IMG/VR virus record: IMGVR_UViG_3300047409_000468
Span: 1-64,000 of that record
Reading direction: 5' to 3' (one strand)
From: a virus
Length of the DNA stretch: 64,000 bases
Shown: positions 35,068 through 44,628 of the stretch, piece after piece
Position numbering within the stretch: position 1 is the stretch's first letter
Layout: each line of letters begins with the position of its first letter
Program-made: the position numbers and the translations under genes
The notes under the pieces: model-generated
What the model was told of the DNA's origin: nothing
Seen by the model: the letters and a program-made list of their open reading frames with translations, nothing else
Database searches by the model: none

Positions 35068-37713
35068 TTAGAACGGCGTGCCGTCTGCCCTGACAATTTC
35101 TAATTCAACAACGGTAGCTTGGCCTCCCTTGCCTACCTTGACACCATACGTATGCGACACGTAACGAAATTTAGTGCCACGCGCCGTTATTACTTCAGCT
35201 TCGTCCCGCATGGATTCAGATTCAGTGCTCCTGCGGCTAACGAACGCTCCCTTGGCACCCTTGGGCACGCGCACCCTGAACAAAATCTGCTCGCTAGTGA
35301 TTGATGATGTACCGGCAAAACTCTTTGACACTACCGGATTAAATGACAGCGAAGCATAACCCATATCAGTAAAATCCGGTGGCGGCGGTATGTCGTTCTT
35401 ACCGCCATGGCCCTGTATGCCACGCCACATGATAAGGTCGTCTTGCACCGTTTCCTGTAGCTTGTCCAACTCTGCCGCACGCTCCTTATAACTAGAACTA
35501 AGAGCACTGTGGCCACTCTCACGCAATGTTTTATTCAATTCACCATAGCCACTGCCTGTATAGAAACCAACACCCGGCACACTTTTATTATTGAATTTCA
35601 AACCAGCCGCCTTGCGCGCGGCTTCCATCTCAGCCACTTGCTGCGAGTTCATATTCGAACCGCTAAGACTATTACCCCAGCCCGCTTGCGCAAGATCCTT
35701 AACCACCGGCACCTTGCCCCACTTGGGTTCATCATGCCATTGATTAAGCTTGGTTTCGCTGACTTGCTCAAAATGAACTTTGTGTTTAGTCTTAAGCGTG
35801 GCCTGTTGTGCCGCCTGCTTGGCCGCCGCCGCCGCCATCATATCGTCCAACGTAACGACTTTGACGTGGCCTTGGTCAATCATCTGTTGTAGCGCGGCAT
35901 GCTTCTCCGCCGAGCTGCCCGCCTGCGTGTTCATGTACGATGACATGGTCATCTGCTTGCTGGGCTTCTGGTGGAACGACTGGTACTTGACCCATACCAT
36001 TTCATCAGGCGTAAGGGCAGAGCCCGCCGGAGCCGACGGCTTTGGATATGGGTTGGTCTGTGAGAGCAGCACCAAATTGTCGCCGGTCTGTATCTTGGCA
36101 ACATCGTACGCTTGCTGCGGCTGCCCGGCAGGAGCCTTGGGCGCGGGCGGTGCGGGCGGCACCGGCCCTTCCACCTTCATGTAGCCCGAGTCTAAATCTT
36201 GCTGTAGCGCCTTGATTTTTTCTTTCTCACTAAGGACTGATGTGGCCTTGTACTGTTTGACCGTAGTCTTCGCGCCAAACGAATTGGTCAGCACCACATC
36301 ATCAGCCAGTGTCTCAGCCACAGGCTTGATATGCGTCTGGGCAGATGCCGACTGCGCTGATACCGTCTGCACCGTGGCAGCCTTGGTAACAGACCATTTA
36401 CCACTAGCCAGATTTTTATTGACAGAGGCTTCAAATGCCTTATCGGTAACCGCCGCATCCTTAAGTCCTTTAACATCTATCTTTGCACCCGTTACGGAGG
36501 ATATAACCACATCATCCGGATGCAAGTTCTCTATGGTATGCGCAGGCGCGGCCTTCGATACGACCTTAACGTTCCCATTGTCCAGCAAACTCTGCAATTT
36601 GGTATGGAATTCTGCATCAGTCATATCTGGCAGATTTAAACTACTTTTCCACTTCTGCTTATATTCAGCGACAGTATACTTGTTCCCCAGATATGTCTCA
36701 ACAACATCGTTGGGTTGCAGGTCTGCCGCCTTGAGCGTAGTCGTCGGTTCCGGCGCGGGCGCGGCAGGCTTTGGCGCGGCGGCAACCATCTTCGGCGTGG
36801 TCAAACCCAGCTTCGCGGCAGTCGCCTCAAACGTGTCGTGGTTCGCGCTGCCGGGGGAGAATGGGTTGCTGGTGACGACACCCAGCTTCTTGTCATCCAT
36901 CTTCTGGTGCGCGGCCAAGTCACCGGGGCTCAACAGCCCGCTCTTCATGTCCTCCAAATCATTGGGATGGTGGACCGAAATGTACCCTTTCTTCAGGTCA
37001 TGCAGGATATGCTCGCTTGCCTTGCCCTTGTCGCCAATAGCGGCATGGAACTCGGCCACCGTCATACCGTCCTTGTATTTAGCGAAATCCGCCGCTGCCT
37101 TGCTCCCCGCCTTCTTCGGGTTGGATACCGCGTGCAACGTGATTATGTCTTCGCCTTTGACCCCCTTGGTCTTGCTGGTTATGACAAGGTCGCTAAAGCT
37201 TGGCTCCGTCTTCGTTGGCGCTGGGGTGGCTGGCGTCGGGCTGGGGGAGGGTTGTGGTGCCGGGGCTGGTGCGGGTGCCGGCTGGGGCGGCGCGGGCGCA
37301 GGCGGGGCTGGCTGCACGCCCGGCTTGGGCACGGCCAACTGTTGTGGGCTGTGTATGGTGATGTAGCCCTTTTTCGAATCGTAGGCGATATGCTCCGCTG
37401 CCTTGGGGCCGACCGCGTTCTTAAACTCGGCCACAGTCATGTTGTCTTGGTATTTGGCGAAGTCTGTTGCAGCCGCGCTGCCATCCTTTTTGGGATTGGC
37501 CGTGACGTGCAGCTTTATGACATCATCACCCTTGACGCCACTGGTCTTAGGCGTGCCAAACGGCTCCGCCTTGAACTCCTCACTACCCGGCTTGAACTTG
37601 AACCGCCCGCCGGGGTCACGCGCATGCTTCGCCTCGTCCCACTTGATCTTGGCAAACGCCGCGCCCTTGGATATCTTACCCTTGTGGTGCTTGTGCGCGT
37701 GCAGCGCCATCAC
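35068..37713 (-). CDS. Multidomain head-operon protein: shared leader, NPK-GS/DGMT domain array and C-terminal VIP2/Alt-like ADP-ribosyltransferase
   Basis: YTGSGYGELNKTLR, LIMWRG (R), GYASLS (S-x-S), FRVRVPKG, DEAEV (E-x-E), RGTKF; two clear and ~4 degenerate domain repeats. Confidence 0.85.
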   Translation of the reverse strand: MMALHAHKHHKGKISKGAAFAKIKWDEAKHARDPGGRFKFKPGSEEFKAEPFGTPKTSGVKGDDVIKLHVTANPKKDGSAAATDFAKYQDNMTVAEFKNAVGPKAAEHIAYDSKKGYITIHSPQQLAVPKPGVQPAPPAPAPPQPAPAPAPAPQPSPSPTPATPAPTKTEPSFSDLVITSKTKGVKGEDIITLHAVSNPKKAGSKAAADFAKYKDGMTVAEFHAAIGDKGKASEHILHDLKKGYISVHHPNDLEDMKSGLLSPGDLAAHQKMDDKKLGVVTSNPFSPGSANHDTFEATAAKLGLTTPKMVAAAPKPAAPAPEPTTTLKAADLQPNDVVETYLGNKYTVAEYKQKWKSSLNLPDMTDAEFHTKLQSLLDNGNVKVVSKAAPAHTIENLHPDDVVISSVTGAKIDVKGLKDAAVTDKAFEASVNKNLASGKWSVTKAATVQTVSAQSASAQTHIKPVAETLADDVVLTNSFGAKTTVKQYKATSVLSEKEKIKALQQDLDSGYMKVEGPVPPAPPAPKAPAGQPQQAYDVAKIQTGDNLVLLSQTNPYPKPSAPAGSALTPDEMVWVKYQSFHQKPSKQMTMSSYMNTQAGSSAEKHAALQQMIDQGHVKVVTLDDMMAAAAAKQAAQQATLKTKHKVHFEQVSETKLNQWHDEPKWGKVPVVKDLAQAGWGNSLSGSNMNSQQVAEMEAARKAAGLKFNNKSVPGVGFYTGSGYGELNKTLRESGHSALSSSYKERAAELDKLQETVQDDLIMWRGIQGHGGKNDIPPPPDFTDMGYASLSFNPVVSKSFAGTSSITSEQILFRVRVPKGAKGAFVSRRSTESESMRDEAEVITARGTKFRYVSHTYGVKVGKGGQATVVELEIVRADGTPF

Positions 37714-38843
37714 TAAACTCCGGGTTCAAGGATCTTCACCGGCACGCGAAAACCACTGGCCAAACCAACGAAGATACGCGACTGCCCAGCCATGAGCCGC
37801 AACTTGCCGTTCTTGCGCAATACGATAGGCGGCGTGGTCACACCAGTGCGCATGCGCTCTCTAATACCCTCGGGGTCACGCTTACGCTGCTTCAGACCCG
37901 GAGCTACATCATTGAACGTAGGCAATCGCTTGGTATTGACACTGGTATAACCCAGAGTATCGTACTCACTGTCGTTCAAATACGTCAGCGGTGCCGCCTT
38001 GTACAGCTTGTTGAAATGCTCCTGATTCTGGATGCCCGGTGCCCAGCCCTTGCCACCGTACTGAATGTATTCCTTCTCATATTCCCACTGCAAGCCCTTG
38101 TCACCCTCATCGGCCATCTTGTCAGGCGTCAAAGGCACCAGTTCATCGGCCTTGTACCGATGGTCATTGGGCATGAGCGGCGGCACGGCAGACGGCACCT
38201 TGCCGACCGTGCCCGGTGCGGGGATTTCAGTGTGTGCTTCCGTAGGAGGTATCGTGTCCATTCCCTTTGATACAGCAACGGGCGCAGATGCGATAGGGGG
38301 TGGCTCGGACTTTATTGCCGCTAACCGCCCGGTAGCGCCAACCGGGTGAATATCTGCCACATGCGAGACGGTTCCGGGGGAGCCCGCCAGCTTCTGGTAG
38401 GTAGGCTCGTCGTGTATGGTGATGTAGCCTTTCTTACGGTCCCATGCGAGGTCCTCAGCGGTGCCCCCGGCGGCGCGGAACTCGCCTGTCGTCATGCCAT
38501 CCTTGTAGTTGGCAAAGCGGTCGGCCGCAGCACTGCCAGCCTTCTTCGGGTTGGCATCTACATGCAGCTTGATACGGTCGGCCCCCGTGACGCCCGTGGT
38601 CTTGGCGGCGGCTTGCCATGCGGCCTTGTCGGCGGCTCCCGTAGCTCCAGCTGCGGGCGATGCAGCCGCCGCCTTTCCCGTGGTGTTAGAGGACGAAGGA
38701 GCATCGTTCCCCGCCCCCGGCTTATCAGCAAACTTGCCAGCTATGTCGCGCTTGTGCTTGGCTTCCTCAAAATGAATCTTGGCAAGCGACGCCCCCGGCG
38801 AAAGCTTGACACCAGATTTTTTGTGGATGTGTAGACGGGCCAT
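37713..38843 (-). CDS. Head-operon protein: shared leader, NPK-GS/DGMT domain and C-terminal ParB/sulfiredoxin-like domain
   Basis: NPKKAGSAAADRFANYKDGMTTGEFRAAGGTAEDLAWDRKKGYITI; C-terminal PPIVLRKNGKLRLMAGQSRI...VPVKI is ParB-like. Confidence 0.7.
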   Translation of the reverse strand: MARLHIHKKSGVKLSPGASLAKIHFEEAKHKRDIAGKFADKPGAGNDAPSSSNTTGKAAAASPAAGATGAADKAAWQAAAKTTGVTGADRIKLHVDANPKKAGSAAADRFANYKDGMTTGEFRAAGGTAEDLAWDRKKGYITIHDEPTYQKLAGSPGTVSHVADIHPVGATGRLAAIKSEPPPIASAPVAVSKGMDTIPPTEAHTEIPAPGTVGKVPSAVPPLMPNDHRYKADELVPLTPDKMADEGDKGLQWEYEKEYIQYGGKGWAPGIQNQEHFNKLYKAAPLTYLNDSEYDTLGYTSVNTKRLPTFNDVAPGLKQRKRDPEGIRERMRTGVTTPPIVLRKNGKLRLMAGQSRIFVGLASGFRVPVKILEPGV

Positions 38844-38865
38844 TACAGTGCAGTCATCTCTCTGG

Positions 38866-39891
38866 TCACCCGTACGCTTTCGTCCACGTCCCGGCTTTGT
38901 TGACCCAGACTTCCGTCGGCGTCTTCCACGTCCCGGCGTTTTTGACGGACGGGGTGGGCTGCTTCCACGTACCGGCGTCCTTCACCCACATGGCGTTTAT
39001 GAGGGTCACCGTAGGCGTGTAAGTGATGATAATGAGCCCCTTGCCGCCCTTGTTGATAGCGGCAGCGAGTGTACCGCCAGCGCCACCACCATAATCAGCA
39101 CCAGCACCACCAGAACCTGAATTGACAGCGCCCATGCCACCGCCGCCGCCACCTGTCGCAGCACCGACAACACTCGGCGTCGTACCGTTTGGCGCGTGAG
39201 TCGATGTCCACATGGTGGTGCCGTTCGCGGGAGTGAACCCTGCGCCAGTGCCACCATCACCGCCATTGCCGCCGCCTGTGGTGCCGACGGCACCAGGACT
39301 TGATGTACTGTCAGCATTGCGACCGGGATTACCGGCTGTGGTCAGGCCAGCGCCGGACCCGCCGCTGCCACCGTAGCTTGGAGCGACTGTGGTCGTGTCG
39401 CCGTACCCACCAATGCCGCCTGCGCCACCCGGTCCAGCTGCACCACCTCCTGCACCACTTGTGCCGGGAGCAGCACCGGGACCATTACCTCCCTTGCCAC
39501 CACTAAATTTTACTGTGCCGATACCGTTGGCAAGAAGACCACCATTGGCACCAAGCCGACTGCCAGCATTTGGAGTTGTACCACCTTCAGCGCCGCAAGT
39601 TGACGTAGCTAACGAGGTGCCACCGATCCACGATGCTTGTGTGCTGCCAGCCGCTGCCGCAGTATTGCTACCAGCACCGATTGCGCAGTTGAGAACCTGC
39701 GAAGGTGACCACGTTGTTATGTTGCTGACGGAGGAATAAGCGCCGCCACCACCGCCGCCCAGACCAGTCGTGGTAACAGCAGCACCACCACCGCCGCCGC
39801 CGATGCACTCGATCTTGTTGACGTTCGACCAGTCGGACGGAACAGTGAATGTCGTCGTCCCGCTCTGCAGGAAGATGACCTTGTCAACCAT
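38866..39891 (-). CDS. Glycine-rich fibre-tip/adhesin protein
   Basis: SGTTTFTVPS...IECIGGGGGG...GGKGLIIITY; C-terminal (K-x-AGTWK)x3 repeats. Confidence 0.75.
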   Translation of the reverse strand: MVDKVIFLQSGTTTFTVPSDWSNVNKIECIGGGGGGAAVTTTGLGGGGGGAYSSVSNITTWSPSQVLNCAIGAGSNTAAAAGSTQASWIGGTSLATSTCGAEGGTTPNAGSRLGANGGLLANGIGTVKFSGGKGGNGPGAAPGTSGAGGGAAGPGGAGGIGGYGDTTTVAPSYGGSGGSGAGLTTAGNPGRNADSTSSPGAVGTTGGGNGGDGGTGAGFTPANGTTMWTSTHAPNGTTPSVVGAATGGGGGGMGAVNSGSGGAGADYGGGAGGTLAAAINKGGKGLIIITYTPTVTLINAMWVKDAGTWKQPTPSVKNAGTWKTPTEVWVNKAGTWTKAYG

Positions 39892-42578
39892 CAGACCTTG
39901 AACCAGATGTCGCCATCGACGCCGCCGGATGGCGCGGAGGTCGAGACGGTCACGTCACGGCCGATGACCGTGCCGGCCTTCTGCCAACTTTTGTCGCCAC
40001 GCCAGTACTGCGCGGTGGTACCGGCGGCGATGATTGGCTCGCCAGCTACCGCATAAGGCCCGACCGTCACACTGTTGATCCGGGCGTAAAGTCCTGCCGT
40101 TGCTGTCCAGATGTCGCCGTTAACCGGGGAAGTCGGGGCCACGCCGTGCGGGATGTTGAAACCAGACGTCCCTGCCGTCGATGCCGGGAGTACCAACGGC
40201 CCGCTCATCGTGTCGCCAAACTTATCCACGTAGTTGGCGTCGGCAGTCGCCGGGGTCAAATAACCCTGCGCCTTCACGAAAGCAGTCGTGGCAATCTTCG
40301 TAGAATTATCGGCAGTGGCTGGCGTCGGTGCCGTTGGCGTGCCGGTCAAAGCCGGGGAGGCAATCGGCGCGTACCCCTGTGCTTTCACAAAGGCAGTCGT
40401 CGCCACGTTTGTGCTGTTGTCGGCAATTGGCGGCGTAACCGATGTCGCGCTGATCGCCATGTCAAACGGTGCGTTAATGGCAACACTGGAACCACCAATA
40501 ACGAGCGGCTGATACGACCCGACCCCGGTGACATCGACGCCCTCAAGGGAGCTGAAAGTCGGATTGAAGCCAAGCCGGATAGCCTTGGTTATTCCAGCGA
40601 CGAGTAAGTTAAAGCCACCATCCGTCCCCGGTTTGATGGCCAATATGCCAGTCATCGTGTCGCCGGCCTTGTTGACTTTGTTGCCGAGCAACGTGTCTAG
40701 GGCCGCCTTGGTGTAGCCGATCACCCACGCCAACCCACTACGCACGTAGGCATTGGCGTCGTTTGGCGCATCAACAATGCCGGATGGCGGCAGTGCCGCT
40801 AGAGCCGCAGTCACAAACGCGGTCGTTGCGATGCTAGTATCGTTATCGCCAGCCGTAGGCGTCGGTGCTGTCGGGTTGCCGGTGAATACCGGATCGGCCA
40901 GCTTGGCATAACCCTGCACCTTGACGAAAGCCGTCGTGGCAACGTTGGTCGAGTTGTCGCTAACACCGGGCGTCGCCGTTGTCAGGCCAACAGGCGCGGC
41001 AACAACGCCAGTAAAGCGGTTGATTGTAAAGGCCGCACCAATCAGGTTCCCGGCGTCGCCGAAACGGTTGATGGCAAAATCGGCACCGACATTACCGCCG
41101 GGCTCGCTGCTGGCTGCTGACTGGATCTCCCAACGCGGCGAGGTGCCGGTCCTAAACCGTATGCCGCCAGCGTTGCCGGCGACCTTGTTGAGGAACAGCG
41201 TCGGCGTCGCCTTGTCGATGGTCAGGTCACCAGTCATCGTATCACCGGCGAGGGATACCTTGGTGGCCATGTCGTCGGTGAAATCGTCCCATACGCCCGA
41301 TTTGCGAACGTAGGGCTTGCCGTCTATCGGCGCTTCGCCGATGCCACCGCCAACCGGTATCTTGGAATCAACGTATTGCTTGGTTGTCGCCTCCATCGGG
41401 TTGGTTGGATCGGCGGGCAACGTGACAGGCACGGCAGTCGTCACCGAGCCGGCAAAAATCGTTAGTTTATTAACACCGCCGACCGAGGCATTGATCTGCG
41501 ATGAACCCCCATAGAAGCCAGTGCCAGCCGTGCCGAAATACAGCGTCGTGGCGGCGGCGCTGCCGCTGGTCGGCAACGTCAACGGCACGACAAACGTCCC
41601 CAACGCCGGCCCCAGCGCCATGACATCCGCGCCACTGACCGCCACCCTGACCAGCATCGGTGCGCCATAAAGGCCGGTCCCGGCAGTGCCAAAGTTCAGG
41701 CTGGTGGCGGCGGCCGTTCCATTGGGCACGACCAGCGGTCCGGTCATGGTGTCGCCGGCCTTCAGCACCCTGAGACCAAGCAACGTGTCTATCCCTGCCT
41801 TGGTATAGCCAATCACCCAAGCAAGTGCACTGCGCACGTAGGCATTAGCGTCGTTCGGTGCTTCCGCAATGCCCGATGGCGGCAGGGTCTGCCATGTCTT
41901 GTCGCCACGCCAGAACTGACTGGTCGTACCGCCAGTAATCGTTGGCTCCTTGGCCGCCAAATCAGGGCTTAAGTCAGCCCAAGCCAGTGACTTGCGCACG
42001 TATGGCTTGCTATCGTTCGGTGCATCCGCCAACTGCGCCACGACAGCCCACGCCGCGCTCTTGCGTGCGTATTGCTGACCATCGAGCGGCGCTTCCGGCA
42101 CAGGGCCAATCGGCCCTTGCGGCCCGGTTGCGCCCTGCGGCCCGGCATCCCCCTGTGGCCCCTGAGCTCCAGTATTACCAACATCACCCTTGACGCCCTG
42201 TGGTCCTTGCGGTCCAGGTACGCCGGGCGGGCCATTCGGCCCCGAAATATCACCGCAGTCCACCCATGCGGTACCCGACCAGACCCACATGTGGCTCGTG
42301 TCATCTGCCACATAGGCATCGTTCAGGGTCGCACTCGCCGGCAGCGCACTGCTCGTGGCCACGTGACCCTTCATGTTGAACCCTTGCCCAATCGGCCCCT
42401 GCGGCCCTACCGGACCGATAGGTCCAGTAAGGCCGGGAGGGCCTGCGGGGCCGCCGACATCGCCAATCTCGATAACCAGCGGGGGCGGCAACACGACATC
42501 AATCGCCGGAATCAGGTCCGGCAGGGTTACGTCTATGTTTAAATCCCCGGAAGCCTCGATGACGACTATCTGGTTCAT
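39891..42578 (-). CDS. Collagen-like fibre protein 2 (probable head fibre)
   Basis: G-X-Y tracts; EAP-x-D-x-x-x-Y-x-R x5; D-N-x-T-x-x-ATTAFV x4; GDTM-x-G x4; C-terminal STSAPSGGVDGDIWFKV. Confidence 0.85.
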   Translation of the reverse strand: MNQIVVIEASGDLNIDVTLPDLIPAIDVVLPPPLVIEIGDVGGPAGPPGLTGPIGPVGPQGPIGQGFNMKGHVATSSALPASATLNDAYVADDTSHMWVWSGTAWVDCGDISGPNGPPGVPGPQGPQGVKGDVGNTGAQGPQGDAGPQGATGPQGPIGPVPEAPLDGQQYARKSAAWAVVAQLADAPNDSKPYVRKSLAWADLSPDLAAKEPTITGGTTSQFWRGDKTWQTLPPSGIAEAPNDANAYVRSALAWVIGYTKAGIDTLLGLRVLKAGDTMTGPLVVPNGTAAATSLNFGTAGTGLYGAPMLVRVAVSGADVMALGPALGTFVVPLTLPTSGSAAATTLYFGTAGTGFYGGSSQINASVGGVNKLTIFAGSVTTAVPVTLPADPTNPMEATTKQYVDSKIPVGGGIGEAPIDGKPYVRKSGVWDDFTDDMATKVSLAGDTMTGDLTIDKATPTLFLNKVAGNAGGIRFRTGTSPRWEIQSAASSEPGGNVGADFAINRFGDAGNLIGAAFTINRFTGVVAAPVGLTTATPGVSDNSTNVATTAFVKVQGYAKLADPVFTGNPTAPTPTAGDNDTSIATTAFVTAALAALPPSGIVDAPNDANAYVRSGLAWVIGYTKAALDTLLGNKVNKAGDTMTGILAIKPGTDGGFNLLVAGITKAIRLGFNPTFSSLEGVDVTGVGSYQPLVIGGSSVAINAPFDMAISATSVTPPIADNSTNVATTAFVKAQGYAPIASPALTGTPTAPTPATADNSTKIATTAFVKAQGYLTPATADANYVDKFGDTMSGPLVLPASTAGTSGFNIPHGVAPTSPVNGDIWTATAGLYARINSVTVGPYAVAGEPIIAAGTTAQYWRGDKSWQKAGTVIGRDVTVSTSAPSGGVDGDIWFKV

Positions 42579-42988
42579 CCGGCTTTCCTCGGCGCACGCG
42601 CGATGCCACCCGGAGCAAGGGTAGTGGCAGCCGCCATTGTCGTCATCGCAGTGGAGTCAGTTATATCCCCGGTAACCGTCACCTTGCCCGCCGCGATGGT
42701 ATTGATAGCACCGCTGGAACTATAGGTGAGCTGCAAATCCCACATCAACTGCGTGACCGGTAACGTTGCCGACGTCGCCGCGTCTAGCGTAACGTCAATG
42801 ACATTACCCGTTATCTGGCAGCCTAACGCATAGATCGGTGTCTGCCCGGTGTTTTGTCGTATCTCAGCCTTGGCGGTCGCATCGGTCAAGTCAACGGGCA
42901 CAGTCTTGTCGCTGTCCAACCAAAGCTTGAATTGCCAGTGACCCGTGTCACCTCGGTAAAGGTTGAGCGGGAAATCGCCGGGCATCAT
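42575..42988 (-). CDS. Fibre adaptor/anchor protein 2 (paralog of 14452-14799)
   Basis: [24 protein letters not shown]...DLTDATAKAEIR...WDLQLTY. Confidence 0.75.
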   Translation of the reverse strand: MMPGDFPLNLYRGDTGHWQFKLWLDSDKTVPVDLTDATAKAEIRQNTGQTPIYALGCQITGNVIDVTLDAATSATLPVTQLMWDLQLTYSSSGAINTIAAGKVTVTGDITDSTAMTTMAAATTLAPGGIARAPRKAG

Positions 42989-44628
42989 GGCGCGGGTGCT
43001 CCTGTTCCAGTTTCAGCAAGGAACGATGGGTCGAACAGGTCGGTCAACTCCTGTTGCGATACCGCGCCATAGTCGTCAGTGCCAGTGCCTTGGCTCAAGT
43101 CTGCCGGGGGAGCCCCGCCGGGTTGTGGGGGCTGTCCAGGTTGCGGAAGCCCGCCATCTACTCCCAGTCCTTGGTCTTCTGGGATTGCCGCAGCCTCTTC
43201 CTCAGCCACGAGCTCTTGCTCCTCCTCAGCGGTTCGCTCCTCCGATGCAATGCCGCCACGCTGTAGATTGTCGTATAGGGTTTCATAGGCAATCACCTTG
43301 TTCATCCACAGTTCGACCATCTTATTGGCCTCATCTGCGGTCATGTCCTGTTCGAGGAAGTCCAGGTTTGGCTTGACTATGATTTCCTCGGGGTCTTGGC
43401 CCACAAGCTCGGCGCAGTAGCGCAGCACCTGCTCGAGCGCCGCCGCGCTGGTCTGCGCCACGCTGACCAGCGTCGCACTGCCGGCGCGCGCCCGGATGCG
43501 CAGCGCCTCACCAGACTCCGCTGACTTCTTGTCACCCACCGCGAACATGCGGCTGCCGGCCTCGCTGGCATTCGCGCGTTCATCGTCTATGGCTGTCTTG
43601 TGGGCAGCTATGCCGCTGCCGCTTGGCCCGACATACTTGGCGTCGCCGCCCTCGGGTATCGATACACCCACCCCCGCGCCGACATAGCTTGGCACATCTG
43701 CCTTGTCCAAACCAATGTAGAACAGCGTTTCCTGTCCCGACATAAATAGCTGATGACGATAGTCCGCATCCAACCTGTAGATGGCGTACGCCGCCCGCAC
43801 CACACCGATCAGCGGTATCTGGTCAGGCTCCAGCGCCATGTCGCGGCTGCCAGCTATGACCAAGGGAATCTTTTCCAGGGTATCGCCGCCGCGTACCTGC
43901 GGCACGACAATCGCCGTGGCGACGCCCTCCTCCACGTCCTGCTCGGTAAGGTCATCTTCGGGGTTCAGCGCACGGCCGTCCTCGTCTACCACCTGTACTT
44001 GATAAACACTGTCCATCAACTCAAGTATTCTATAGCGCTTCTTGCCTTCCCAGCTGAACCCGGTGCGAACCCGATAATCCTCCTCCAGCACAAAGAAATT
44101 GCGCGATTCGCTCCAATTGATAAGGCTCTCTGCCCGGTACATCGCCACCCACGGCAACTCACCACCCTCTGGCGGCAGGTCGGCCAGCAACGCCACACGC
44201 CCGGTCGTCAATATCTCCTCGGTTATCTTACGATGCAGCGCTTCCAGGGTCAGCTCGTCCGGGGAGGCCTTTTCCCACATGTTGGCCAGAGGCTTGCCCT
44301 CCTCCAAGCCCTCGATGTGCGCCTCCGATTGGTGTATGATGCCCAGCATGCCTTGAATGCACGGGCTGAACAGGTCGGGGAACTGCGCCCGCATCTTGTA
44401 GGCCGAGTACATGCCTTCCGGTTCTGGCGAACCCTTGAACCCCGACGGCATGGGCAGATATTGAGTCGCCTTGGCCTTGACCGTGGTCGCGCCGGCAACG
44501 GCGTCACGGCATTCCTGCCAATCTTCCAAGATTATGGCGAGGTCCGGATGCTTTTCCGATACATCGCCAATTATCTGCTTCTGTGGCTGATCGTTGGCAG
44601 CCTTCAGTTTGGTCGCGGTTTTAGCCAT
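42985..44628 (-). CDS. Portal protein (DUF4055 family)
   Basis: HP....W...RDA..G...VK.....YLP...Y.AY..RA.F; Y.AESLINW; YRLDADY; ESGEA; follows terL. Confidence 0.9.
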   Translation of the reverse strand: MAKTATKLKAANDQPQKQIIGDVSEKHPDLAIILEDWQECRDAVAGATTVKAKATQYLPMPSGFKGSPEPEGMYSAYKMRAQFPDLFSPCIQGMLGIIHQSEAHIEGLEEGKPLANMWEKASPDELTLEALHRKITEEILTTGRVALLADLPPEGGELPWVAMYRAESLINWSESRNFFVLEEDYRVRTGFSWEGKKRYRILELMDSVYQVQVVDEDGRALNPEDDLTEQDVEEGVATAIVVPQVRGGDTLEKIPLVIAGSRDMALEPDQIPLIGVVRAAYAIYRLDADYRHQLFMSGQETLFYIGLDKADVPSYVGAGVGVSIPEGGDAKYVGPSGSGIAAHKTAIDDERANASEAGSRMFAVGDKKSAESGEALRIRARAGSATLVSVAQTSAAALEQVLRYCAELVGQDPEEIIVKPNLDFLEQDMTADEANKMVELWMNKVIAYETLYDNLQRGGIASEERTAEEEQELVAEEEAAAIPEDQGLGVDGGLPQPGQPPQPGGAPPADLSQGTGTDDYGAVSQQELTDLFDPSFLAETGTGAPAP

